Counted from the stretch's first letter, positions 22,314 through 32,139 are shown. The stretch: DNA of 64,000 bases from an uncultured bacterium (GCA_964512995.1 CAZELM010000019.1:12406-76405), one strand, 5' to 3'. Made by a program: numbers and translations. Notes: generated by a model from the letters alone, not told the origin.

Positions 22314-23344
22314 ACATCAAAAAGCTGATACATCGGACTCCCCGGCAACTCCTGAATACGATTCGGATACGTTATGGGAGATGCATACAACCGGAATGCC
22401 GGCACGATCCATCGGAGATCATGGTGTTCGTCACCAATCGCTGCAATTTCACGTGTTTTACATGCCCTTTCAAACAGCAGTCGCCATACTCCCCGCCAGA
22501 CAATATCCCGGATATATCACACATGCTGTTTGGAGAAATCCTGGACCACTATTCCGGTGCGTCTGTGATCGGGATCGTCGGTGGAGAGCCTTTGTTGCAT
22601 CCGGAACTGGAAGCATTGATACGGATTGGAGCGGATCACCGGATGACCGTAAATCTGTCCACCAATGGATCGCTCCTGACAACAGACCGGATCGGCCGGT
22701 TGCTGGATACGCCGCTGGGATTCCTCAATATTTCACTGGATGCGGCTACGGCTTCGGAGTATCAGCGCGTTCGCGGCGGATCTCCCGAGCTATTTTCCCA
22801 CATTGTCGAAAGTGCCCGTCGATTCACCGAACTGCGAACAAAAGTCTCATCACCCATAAAGCTGCTGCTCAGCTTTGTGACCGACCAGCACAATGTCATG
22901 CAGATACCGGATTTCGCCCGACTGGCTCTGGATATCGGAGCGGATCAGGTTTTCTGTCAGACGATTCTCTCGTATCAATGCTCCACGATCACTTCTGGGG
23001 CTGGTACGCTGAAAGATACTCCGGAGATGCGAACGGTTTTGAAGAATCTTCCGTTGCCATCCGGGATCTCGATTGTATTGCCCAAGCTCGTTCCCATCTC
23101 GGACTGTCGATGCGCTGATTGTATTCACCCGTTCACATCGCTGGCACTCGATGGCGCCGGCAATCTGTCGCCGTGTTGTGTCATTCCACCTCATCCCCGA
23201 TATGGGAATCTTGCGGAAGACATCCAGGCATGGCGACATGGGGTGGCCATGAAAAAGATCCGCAATGGAATCTTATCGGATACCGATGCATTTTCGGATA
23301 TCTGTCTGGATTGCTGGGAACGATTCTCCCTGAGAGGGGATTGA
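22310..23344 (+). CDS. Radical SAM / SPASM-domain enzyme (paralogue of the previous gene)
   Basis: CNFTCFTC rSAM motif and a C-terminal CRCADC...PCCVIPP...CLDCWE SPASM-like region; ATGA overlap with the previous gene. Confidence 0.8.
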   Translation: MNIKKLIHRTPRQLLNTIRIRYGRCIQPECRHDPSEIMVFVTNRCNFTCFTCPFKQQSPYSPPDNIPDISHMLFGEILDHYSGASVIGIVGGEPLLHPELEALIRIGADHRMTVNLSTNGSLLTTDRIGRLLDTPLGFLNISLDAATASEYQRVRGGSPELFSHIVESARRFTELRTKVSSPIKLLLSFVTDQHNVMQIPDFARLALDIGADQVFCQTILSYQCSTITSGAGTLKDTPEMRTVLKNLPLPSGISIVLPKLVPISDCRCADCIHPFTSLALDGAGNLSPCCVIPPHPRYGNLAEDIQAWRHGVAMKKIRNGILSDTDAFSDICLDCWERFSLRGD

Positions 23345-23556
23345 TCGTCGATTGTGGCAAATCACCCGCCGGTCCGGGCAGCACCGAACATACTCCGTCG
23401 CTGCCTTGCTCATCAGAAGGCCACACCAGAGCTAATCCACCCCTTGGCTTTGCAGAAGCACCCTTTTAAATAGAGGATTCCGGCAGGTTCCCACCTCCTG
23501 AATGGTTACAAAAAAAACATCCGCTCCGAAAACGATTGGAATCATCAACCAATTAC

Positions 23557-23585
23557 TTGACTATTTCTGTCAGGTATGATATTAT
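23557..23585 (+). promoter_or_regulatory. Near-consensus sigma70-type promoter (TTGACT, 17 bp spacer, TATTAT)
   Basis: Read directly from the sequence. There is no long ORF downstream before the terminator. Confidence 0.45.
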
Positions 23586-23592
23586 TTAAGAG

Positions 23593-23778
23593 ATCCTGGT
23601 CAAATGGCCGACTGACAAGAAGGGCGGAGATCAGGATGAATTATCTGGAACGGTTACTGTAATCGTTTCGGCTGGTGTGCATAGCACATGATTATTGTGA
23701 CAATTTCCATTGTCGCAAACCCCCAAAACCTCCTTTTACCCTTCATTTCGGGCCCGTGCCAACGGGCCCATTTTTTTC
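23593..23778 (+). ncRNA. Candidate small transcript (~185 nt) bounded by the promoter and terminator; function unknown
   Basis: It contains only tiny ORFs (MAD*, MNYLERLL*); the 42-codon ORF starting at 23688 runs through the terminator and is discounted. It is flanked by 23557-23585 and 23750-23777. Confidence 0.3.
23750..23777 (+). terminator. Rho-independent terminator
   Basis: gggcccg tgccaa cgggccc followed by a T7 tract. Confidence 0.65.
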
Positions 23779-23791
23779 AGGGAACAGGTGA

Positions 23792-24313
23792 CTACCATAA
23801 ATGGCTGGTATTGACGGGTTTGCCCATGAGTTTCAGATAATAGAAGAGCTGGCTTTTATGGGAAGACAGGTGTGCGACCATCTGAAGAAGGCGATGTCCC
23901 AGGATCATCTCGGTGGGATCCCAGCAAGCCGGAGCGATTTGGTTTGTCAGCGCGTCTTCGCCACATTCGTCCACCATCTGGAATGCGACTTTTTTGTCCT
24001 GTTCCAGCAGTTCCTTGGCCTCTTGCACGGATGATACCGTCGGCATTTTCTCAGCAGGCGGCATCATGGCTTCCGGAGGGATATCATCCAGACTCATGCC
24101 CTCGGGCAATCCCCAATCTCCGGTTACGAATCCGCGGCATGCCACTCCGCATGATTCGGTGATGTGTTTCAGAAGCTGACCCACGGTCATCCAGTTCGCT
24201 CCCGTGGCTGGTTTCCACTGGAGTTCATTGTCGTTGACCATATTGATGAGATTCTGAGTGATGGTATAGGCATACTCCATCTCGCTCTTCAGTAATGTTG
24301 TCCAGTTGATCAT
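23792..24313 (-). CDS. DinB/YfiT-like (DinB_2 superfamily) protein
   Basis: Four-helix-bundle-like sequence with conserved His positions; AGGAGG Shine-Dalgarno before the ATG at 24313. Confidence 0.5.
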   Translation of the reverse strand: MINWTTLLKSEMEYAYTITQNLINMVNDNELQWKPATGANWMTVGQLLKHITESCGVACRGFVTGDWGLPEGMSLDDIPPEAMMPPAEKMPTVSSVQEAKELLEQDKKVAFQMVDECGEDALTNQIAPACWDPTEMILGHRLLQMVAHLSSHKSQLFYYLKLMGKPVNTSHLW

Positions 24314-24753
24314 ATATCCTCCTATTCTGACTGTTTTTCCGACTCCCGATTCCTGAATGCAACCAAGCACCGATGTGGAGCAGGATACGGAATATTATTT
24401 AAAATGAGGCTCAAATCTGATGCACTATATCGGATTTTCTCTGGAATTCAAATCCGTTCGACCGGTGAAAATGAATCATGACGCTGACGGATAACTTTTT
24501 CATGAGCTGGGGTCAGCAAAAACATTTTAAAGTTATCCACCAATTTTACGTGATATTTGTCTTTATTCGAGAAAAATGATATCCTCTAAATAGTAATTTT
24601 CAGATTGATCTTTTTTGCTGGTGAGTGTTCTTCGGTTTATTACGAGGTATTAGTACTGTTTTCCAATTCGAAACAATATCCAGACGATTTTGTATCTTGA
24701 CACCATAACGTTAGTGGAGGAGCGATTTGACTATGTTCAAAAGGAGGCAAAAG

Positions 24754-27135
24754 ATGTTTACACATTTGACTGCAACGCGATGTCTGGGAGTGACTGCAAT
24801 CTGTGCAGCATGCATCTTGAACACCCATGCCGCGGCTGAGATGAGAGATGGTATGTTTCCATTATTCAATGCAAGGATTGATACTGCCAGGCTGAGTTTC
24901 CCAATTTTCGTATCCAGCGGAGAGGTTAATGGAGATGAAAATCAGGATTTAGCCGTAATTGAATCTGCGAGAGATACTATATCAATCCTTCTCGGCAATG
25001 GAAACGCTGGATTTCAACCAGCGATCACTTTTGGCACTGGAGAATATTCCTCATCCGTGGCTATCGGGGACTTAAATGGGGATTGCAATGCCGATCTGGC
25101 CATCGGTAGTTATTATAACTATCCTATCTCAATCTTTCTTGGAAATGGAGATGGCACATTCCAGGCAGGCGTCAATTACGAAGCAGGCTCCAGTCCCCTT
25201 TTCGTATCCATTGCGGAGTTCAATAACGATAGCAATCAAGATTTGGCAGTGATTAACTTTGGAAGCGATAATATATCCATTCTATTTGGTAATGGAGACG
25301 GGACATTCCAGGCAGCGGTCCACTACGCAACTGGTGAAAATCCCATGTCTGTATCTATCGGGCTGTTTAATGATGATGGAAATCAGGATTTAGCTGTAGC
25401 GAATAGTGGAAACGACACTGTGTCCATTTTGCTTGGCAATGGAGATGGGACATTCCAGACAGCAATCAATTATGACACAGGAACTTATCCAGTTTCCATA
25501 TCCATCGGGGAGTTTAACGGAGATGGCAATCAGGATTTGGCCGTCGCTAACTATGAGAGTTATAATTTCTCAATTTTTCTCGGTAACGGAAGAGGGGAAT
25601 TTCTTCCAGCGGTTAATTATAGCCTTGGGGAACAACCATATGCCATAACTATCGGTGAGTTTAATCGAGACGGGAATCAGGATATCGCAGTGGTGAGCTA
25701 TAACAGTAATAATATATCCATTCTCCTCGGCAACGGAAGCGGCGAATTTCTACCAGTAGTCAATTACGATGCAGGATATGATCCATATAATATATCCATC
25801 GGCGAGTTTAATGGTGACGGTACTCAAGATTTAGCCGTGGCGAATTATAGCAGCTATAATGTCTCAATCCTTCTCGGTAACGGAAACGGTGGATTCCTGA
25901 CAGCAACGAATTACAGCGCAGGACTTGATCCAGGCTCGGTAGCCATCGGGGAGTTTAACGGCGACCGAAATCAGGATTTAGTCGTAACAAATAATTTTGG
26001 ATACAATGTTTTAATTTTTTTGGGTAATGGTGATGGGATATTCCGGTCTGCGATTTATCAGAACGTAGGCCGCCATCCCAACTCTGTAGCCATCGGGGAG
26101 TTTGATGGCGATGGATATCAGGATCTGGTTGTAGGACTTGCGGTTGACTACAATGTTTCAATTCTTCTGGGTAATGGCGACGGAACATTCCAGACTGCGG
26201 TCAATTACGGAGTTGCAGGTGATATCAATTCCATATCAATCGGGGAGTTTAATGGCGATGGATATCAGGATTTAGCTGCAGCGATTAATTATTTTTATGT
26301 CTCAGTTCTTCTCGGCAATGGAGATGGGACATTCCAGACTGCCATCACTTTTGAAGCAGGGTGGCATCCCAGAGATATATCCGTTGGCGAGTTTGATCGA
26401 GATGGTAATCAGGATTTAGCCGTAGCGAATCTGAACAGCGAAGTTACCATCCTGCTTGGCAATGGAAACGGAACATTCCAGACACCGGTCAGTTATAGCA
26501 CCGGGAATAGGCCATCCTCTTTATTCATCGGCAAGCTCAATCGCGATGGATATCAGGATTTGGCTGTAACAAACGGGAGCAGCAGCACTGTGTCTATCCT
26601 GCTCGGCAATGGAAACGGAACATTCCAGGCACCAGTCAGTTACGGTACTGGGATAACTCCCTCGTCCGTATCCATTGGAGATTTCAATGGAGATCGATAC
26701 CCAGATTTAGCTGTCGCAAACTGGGAAAGCGACAACATGTCCATCCTGCTCGGCAATGGAGATGGCACATTCCAGACTGCGGTCTACTACGGTGCAGGGA
26801 ATGCTCCTCGATCACTGGTCGTCGGGGAGTTCAATGGAGACCAAAAACCAGATGTAGCCGTTGTAAACAATGAAAGCGACAATATTTCAATTTTTATCAA
26901 CCGCTGCCATTCAACTCAGTCTTGTGTCTACGATGGAGATGTTGATGGAAGTGGTGAGGTTACAGTAACTGACGCTCAGACGGCTTTTGGAATTGTACTG
27001 GGCTTCGGAACTCCGACACCCGAAGAATTATGTTCTGCCGATTGCAATGGCAATGGAATCATTACAGCCGCAGATGCCCAATCGATCTTCTCAACTGCTT
27101 TGGGATCGGGACATTGTATCGATCCACTCGAATAA
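24754..27135 (+). CDS. Secreted FG-GAP/VCBS-type beta-propeller repeat protein with a C-terminal dockerin-like module
   Basis: About 13 repeats of ...GEFNGDGNQDLAVAN...VSILLGNGDGTFQ...; signal peptide; AAAGGAGG Shine-Dalgarno. The C-terminus DGDVDGSGEVTVTDAQ...DCNGNGIITAADAQ fits two dockerin Ca-loops. Confidence 0.8.
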   Translation: MFTHLTATRCLGVTAICAACILNTHAAAEMRDGMFPLFNARIDTARLSFPIFVSSGEVNGDENQDLAVIESARDTISILLGNGNAGFQPAITFGTGEYSSSVAIGDLNGDCNADLAIGSYYNYPISIFLGNGDGTFQAGVNYEAGSSPLFVSIAEFNNDSNQDLAVINFGSDNISILFGNGDGTFQAAVHYATGENPMSVSIGLFNDDGNQDLAVANSGNDTVSILLGNGDGTFQTAINYDTGTYPVSISIGEFNGDGNQDLAVANYESYNFSIFLGNGRGEFLPAVNYSLGEQPYAITIGEFNRDGNQDIAVVSYNSNNISILLGNGSGEFLPVVNYDAGYDPYNISIGEFNGDGTQDLAVANYSSYNVSILLGNGNGGFLTATNYSAGLDPGSVAIGEFNGDRNQDLVVTNNFGYNVLIFLGNGDGIFRSAIYQNVGRHPNSVAIGEFDGDGYQDLVVGLAVDYNVSILLGNGDGTFQTAVNYGVAGDINSISIGEFNGDGYQDLAAAINYFYVSVLLGNGDGTFQTAITFEAGWHPRDISVGEFDRDGNQDLAVANLNSEVTILLGNGNGTFQTPVSYSTGNRPSSLFIGKLNRDGYQDLAVTNGSSSTVSILLGNGNGTFQAPVSYGTGITPSSVSIGDFNGDRYPDLAVANWESDNMSILLGNGDGTFQTAVYYGAGNAPRSLVVGEFNGDQKPDVAVVNNESDNISIFINRCHSTQSCVYDGDVDGSGEVTVTDAQTAFGIVLGFGTPTPEELCSADCNGNGIITAADAQSIFSTALGSGHCIDPLE

Positions 27136-27293
27136 ACCACCCTTTTCTGTTACCTTTCAGCATGGTATCATTTTTTTCTGTTGTGTGACCATGCGTTACA
27201 GTACAAAGATCATAGAATTTTTTTCGTTGTAAGCCGGAAAACGATCAATGGACTCATCCGGTTTCCGGTAGCAACGGTCCGGAGGATCCTGCA

Positions 27294-27626
27294 ATGAAAC
27301 CGACGACGCAGTATATCTATCGTCTTCAACCGGCCCGGGTTGGGATGGTAACGGGAGATCCGACCGAACATGAAATACGAATCATTGGGGAACATGTGGC
27401 TTATCTGGAGCAGTTGCTGGCAGACGGTACATTGATTATGGCAGGCCGGTCATTGAACAACGATGAGTGTACATTCGGAATCGTGATTCTGATTGCTGAC
27501 TCCGAACAATCCGCTCTCAGCGTGATGCAACAGGATCCGGCTGTCAGTCAGGGTATCATGACCGGGGAGCTATTCCCATTCCATGTCGCATTCTGGTCAT
27601 CAACAAAATCACTGCTCGATGGATGA
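27294..27626 (+). CDS. YciI-like protein
   Basis: About 110 aa with the conserved ...IMAG......G..I.IA.SEQ.A...M.QDP....GI pattern. Confidence 0.55.
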   Translation: MKPTTQYIYRLQPARVGMVTGDPTEHEIRIIGEHVAYLEQLLADGTLIMAGRSLNNDECTFGIVILIADSEQSALSVMQQDPAVSQGIMTGELFPFHVAFWSSTKSLLDG

Positions 27627-27849
27627 AGGGACTTACACTGCATACGAGTAGTCCTGCTGGCTGGGGGCGTTTATTTGCACCAACCAGCCAATCCTGGTCA
27701 GCGAATGAAACCGAATGGGAATATGTTACTGAAAAAGATCGAAACATTACTTGGCAGCGAGCATCTATCCAGGAACGATCCCAGCCATTGAACCGGGTGA
27801 TTCCCCGGATGATTTTATTACACGAAAACCCAAGGAAGAGAGGAATTCG

Positions 27850-30801
27850 ATGAAATGGATTGGCATAATCTTATGTTTTTGTCTGATCGTCATGCCGACA
27901 TTCGGCAGCATCATCATGGTACCCGATGAACAGCCCAATATTCAGGCAGGCATTGATGCCGCATTCAACAATGACACGGTCTTGATATCAGATGGGATAT
28001 ATACCGGTACCGGCAATACCAATCTTCAGTTCTTCGGCAAGGCAATCCGGGTGATGTCGGAGCATGGCCCGGACGTTTGTATCATTGATGGAGAAGGTAC
28101 CGAACAGGGATTCCGGTTTGACCATGGGGAAAGCAAGTTCTCCGTGTTATCTGGAGTGACCATTCGGAACTGTATATCGGACCGGGGTGGTGCCATATTC
28201 TGTGCCAACGCTTCTCCATCGATTTCTCAATGTATCATTGAAAACAATATCGCCCAATATGGTGGAGGCATCTATAGTGAGCTTCAGGCGCCATTCATCT
28301 CTTTCAGTACAATCCGGGACAACACGGCATCGGATGCTGGAGGCGGTATCTATTGTTCGAGAATCGCTACAATGCAGATATCCACGAATCTCATCACAGA
28401 AAACACGGCCGGGACTTCATCCATCGCCGGGATAGGGGGAGGGATTTATCTGGAGCAGATAACAGAATCGGTGAGTTTCTTCAACAACACCATCGATAAC
28501 AACCACGCGCAGGGTTCTCCAGGCAATCCCGGTATGGGCGGTGGCATTGCCGCACACCATATCAATTCAACCACCATCCAGAACTGTATCCTGTCGAATA
28601 ATACTGCAGAGCAAGGAGCTGGTCTCCACATGTCTGACTGCACCGCAAAATCCCTCGTCTACTCTGATATCTTCAACAATGCACTGGATGGCATCAGCCC
28701 GGATGTCACGTGTATCGATACAGCTCCCTTATTTGTATCCGGAATATTGGGAAATTATTATTTGAGTCACATTGATGCGGATCAAGCAATAGACAGTCCA
28801 TGTGTGAACGCGGGCCAACCGGACTCATCCACTATGTGTTTCAGTTACACCGGATCGAATATATGCCTGAATCAGACAACCACACGGACTGATCATGTGG
28901 CGGATCTCGGGTTATCCGATATCGGATTCCACTATCTGCCTTTCGAATCGCAGCCATTCACGCCCACCCCCCTTCCAACCCCGACATCAAGCCCCACCTC
29001 GATCCCCACATCCGGCGCCGCACAATTTTGGGGAGTTCATTATACGGCTTGGGAACCGGGATTACTCCCGGAGTCCAGTTGTTGGAAACCACTCCATGAT
29101 GGGATATCCGAAGCGATTGAATCGGCTGAAATCTGCAGTGAACATCCGGCATCCGGATCCTGTGCATTGTGTTGTGACTTTCATCTGATGGGTCAGCCTT
29201 CTCAGAATGCATCCGGAGAAGTCATGGTTGATCTGCTGTATTGCCCGCCGGTTTGTGATCTCTCATCCTGCATTGATGCGCCCATCGACCTCTCGGGAAC
29301 CGATGTTTCAGTAACCGTCCACTGTCCAACCGGTCTCGGTGGTGCTCCCGACGCGGAAAATTTCCTGCAACTTTTTGCCAAGGATATCCATGGTGAGTAT
29401 CACCTGGGAGTGGCAGTGAATGCACGGCAAGGCGGCATCTATCAACTCCACCTGAACGACAAAAATCGATCTTCAGCCGACCTGACCCGTATCCGATATC
29501 TGGGTGTGAAGATCGGAGCTAACGCCAATTGGGCGGGAGAAGTTAGGGGTTCACTCACGATCGATGACATCGATTGGATGGCTTCGGATGAGGATGCATG
29601 TCACCCGAAATATGGATTTGAAACAACTGCATGCACAGGATTCAACGAGATGTTAGAAGCCAATATCGGTGCGGTGTCACTGGTGGTCACCTGGTATATG
29701 GAAACGGCTTGCTCAAACGAAATCCAGGATATCCCGGCCATGCGTCCCAGTGATGTGGAGTTGATCGAGACGATCAACCGGATGCCGACCGGTACAAAAA
29801 CAATGCTCAAACCCCATGTTGACGTTCTTTCGGAATGTCCGACTCCATGTACAACATCGGATCTCTGGAGAGGTCATATCTGTCCGGCGGATGTTGAATT
29901 GTGGTTCCAGAGCTATTCCGACTTCATTCTCCATTATGCCCAACTGGCAGAACAAAACAGTGTGGATATGTTGTGTATCGGGACTGAGTTGCAAAGCATG
30001 ACGAATTTAGCCAATATCCCCCGATGGGCTGTTTTGACTCAGCAGATTCGAGAGGTGTATTCGGGATATCTGACATATGCTGCGAACTGGACGGAATACC
30101 GCTTCATTGAACATTCATTCTGGTTTCCTCTGGATTATGCCGGAATCAACGCATTCTTTCCCCTGTCTGCCAGTATCGATCCGCCCATGAATGAAATTCG
30201 ACTCGCATGGATGAGCAATAAGCAGAAAATCGAAAGTTGGCATTCAGATATTCAAAAACCGGTTCTGTTTACGGAGATTGGTTATGGCAGTCATGATTAT
30301 GCGGCTGCCGAACCATCGGAAGTATGTTTTCCGGATTGCCCTCACAATCCCAACTGCGATCTCCAACGCCGATGTGCGGAAGCCGCACTGCTCGAATTCA
30401 GCAACTACCCGTGGTTTTGCGGACTTTTCTGGTGGAACTGGAATCCAATGGGGGATTTTGGTGGTTGTTGTGATACATCCCACTCGCCACAACATAAACC
30501 AGTTATGGGTGTGTTTTCTGACTATTTCCCGACATTCACACCGACTCCAGATGCCACATCCACACCAACACCATCACCGACACCATCATGTTTCCATCAT
30601 GGAGATGTGACCCTGGATGGCTCGGTAACGGCCGGAGACGCTCAGCTTTCGTTCTGGATTGCCATGGGTCTTTATACGCCGACACATCAGGAGTTCTGCG
30701 CTGCGGATTGTACCGGCGATGATTCGGTAACCGCAGGAGATGCACAGTTGGTTTTCTACCGGGCGATGAGTCTCGGATCGTGTGTGGATCCTCTGGAATA
30801 A
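27850..30801 (+). CDS. Secreted right-handed beta-helix protein plus a TIM-barrel-like glycoside-hydrolase-like domain, PT linkers and a C-terminal dockerin-like module
   Basis: Signal peptide MKWIGIILCFCLIVMP. Parallel beta-helix repeats (NCISDRGGAIFCANASPSISQCIIENNIAQYGGGIY...). The central domain has CIGTELQ...VLFTEIGYG, which resembles the clan GH-A acid/base and nucleophile strands. The C-terminus DVTLDGSVTAGDAQ...DCTGDDSVTAGDAQ is dockerin-like. Confidence 0.7.
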   Translation: MKWIGIILCFCLIVMPTFGSIIMVPDEQPNIQAGIDAAFNNDTVLISDGIYTGTGNTNLQFFGKAIRVMSEHGPDVCIIDGEGTEQGFRFDHGESKFSVLSGVTIRNCISDRGGAIFCANASPSISQCIIENNIAQYGGGIYSELQAPFISFSTIRDNTASDAGGGIYCSRIATMQISTNLITENTAGTSSIAGIGGGIYLEQITESVSFFNNTIDNNHAQGSPGNPGMGGGIAAHHINSTTIQNCILSNNTAEQGAGLHMSDCTAKSLVYSDIFNNALDGISPDVTCIDTAPLFVSGILGNYYLSHIDADQAIDSPCVNAGQPDSSTMCFSYTGSNICLNQTTTRTDHVADLGLSDIGFHYLPFESQPFTPTPLPTPTSSPTSIPTSGAAQFWGVHYTAWEPGLLPESSCWKPLHDGISEAIESAEICSEHPASGSCALCCDFHLMGQPSQNASGEVMVDLLYCPPVCDLSSCIDAPIDLSGTDVSVTVHCPTGLGGAPDAENFLQLFAKDIHGEYHLGVAVNARQGGIYQLHLNDKNRSSADLTRIRYLGVKIGANANWAGEVRGSLTIDDIDWMASDEDACHPKYGFETTACTGFNEMLEANIGAVSLVVTWYMETACSNEIQDIPAMRPSDVELIETINRMPTGTKTMLKPHVDVLSECPTPCTTSDLWRGHICPADVELWFQSYSDFILHYAQLAEQNSVDMLCIGTELQSMTNLANIPRWAVLTQQIREVYSGYLTYAANWTEYRFIEHSFWFPLDYAGINAFFPLSASIDPPMNEIRLAWMSNKQKIESWHSDIQKPVLFTEIGYGSHDYAAAEPSEVCFPDCPHNPNCDLQRRCAEAALLEFSNYPWFCGLFWWNWNPMGDFGGCCDTSHSPQHKPVMGVFSDYFPTFTPTPDATSTPTPSPTPSCFHHGDVTLDGSVTAGDAQLSFWIAMGLYTPTHQEFCAADCTGDDSVTAGDAQLVFYRAMSLGSCVDPLE

Positions 30802-30873
30802 GACCGTTTTCGTATTCCAAAATTGCGATCAAACGCGCAGTCAGAAGGCTCCTGGATCGAAATCAAGTGCGTT

Positions 30874-32139
30874 TCAGTCTGTCAGATAATAAGCTTGAAG
30901 GATCTGCTGAAACTCCGATTCCGTAACGATCGGGGCCGGTACATTCTGACCCGACATGAGATTGAATATATCCCATTGATACGTCTTGTATGTCCGTGAG
31001 TTGAAATCGTAGATATCGCGATAGCGATCCCGGAAGCCGATAACATGGCCGAACTCATGCGCAGCGGTTTCGGGATCGACATGATAACTCAGTTCCGTGT
31101 CAGACAGCCAGGTTTCCGTTTCGGCTGCGCCACCGATACGGATACGAATACGCTCCGTATCTTCCGAACGAATGGCTTCAGAGATCCGCACTTCAACGCT
31201 CATACGAAACGGAATACCTTGAACATACCCGGACCAGTATTTTTCGATTCCATTGCGAATGATATCTGCGACCGATTGCCGAGCGCCCTCACCAAATAGC
31301 TCCATCAACACCACGCAGTGGTATCCTTCGGAAGTCAATGTAACGGACATTCCCGCTTTTTTTTGAAGTTTTCCATCATAGTACCAATCGTATACCGTCT
31401 GCTTGGCTTTCAGACAGGCCGATATCGTCTCATGATCACTGGGAATCACATGATAAAGATCCTGAAGTATGGATGGATCCGGAGATGAGGTTTCCAGATA
31501 AGCCCGAAGCAATTCGATTTCCTGTTGAAGTTGTCTGGGAGAGGCATCTTCCAGCAGCCACGGGCCTTTCCGGCACCATTCATCCCAGTTTTTCAGCCGC
31601 TGGAGATAATGTCGGTGAAGTGAGATCGTATCATTGATCCGTTCTTCCGTATCCCGTAACCGGGTTGTTTCCTCTATAGGGGTATTTCCATCCGGATATT
31701 TCAATTGAGTTTCCCGAATGGAGATGGAAAATGTCTGTATCCAATTCGCCAATACACTGCAAATCTGATCTTGAAGGATTGACCACCCGAATTCATTGGT
31801 TTTGATCCATCCGGTATTCTGCCATTCCTCAATCTCGGCGACGGTGTAGGTTTTTTTATACTTCGCAGCCGTGAAAGCTGGAGGAGCGGTATAACCTTTC
31901 ATTTTCTGGAGGATCCGGTGATTCGCCGCCATATTTTCCGCTGCACAATCCAACTCACGATCCAGGCGAACCGCCAGCACATCGTTGGAAAAATGGATAT
32001 CGATCAGAAAAGGATCAATCGGGAAAACTGTGGCAAAGGCAGGAGCATCGGTGAACAGCAGACATAGCACGATGATTCGTTTGACATGACAGTTCCGATC
32101 CGGAAAATATACTATCCATGAAAATGGAACCCGACTCAT
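30874..32139 (-). CDS. Secreted zinc metallopeptidase-like protein (HEXXH)
   Basis: AAHEFGHVIGF near the C-terminus; hydrophobic N-terminus. Confidence 0.5.
   Translation of the reverse strand: MSRVPFSWIVYFPDRNCHVKRIIVLCLLFTDAPAFATVFPIDPFLIDIHFSNDVLAVRLDRELDCAAENMAANHRILQKMKGYTAPPAFTAAKYKKTYTVAEIEEWQNTGWIKTNEFGWSILQDQICSVLANWIQTFSISIRETQLKYPDGNTPIEETTRLRDTEERINDTISLHRHYLQRLKNWDEWCRKGPWLLEDASPRQLQQEIELLRAYLETSSPDPSILQDLYHVIPSDHETISACLKAKQTVYDWYYDGKLQKKAGMSVTLTSEGYHCVVLMELFGEGARQSVADIIRNGIEKYWSGYVQGIPFRMSVEVRISEAIRSEDTERIRIRIGGAAETETWLSDTELSYHVDPETAAHEFGHVIGFRDRYRDIYDFNSRTYKTYQWDIFNLMSGQNVPAPIVTESEFQQILQAYYLTD

Noticed and set aside
23119-23469. 116-aa ORF overlapping the 3 prime end of the last rSAM gene
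   Set aside because: It is mostly an out-of-frame overlap with a well-supported gene. Only the last 42 codons lie in intergenic DNA; these are mentioned as a weak precursor candidate.
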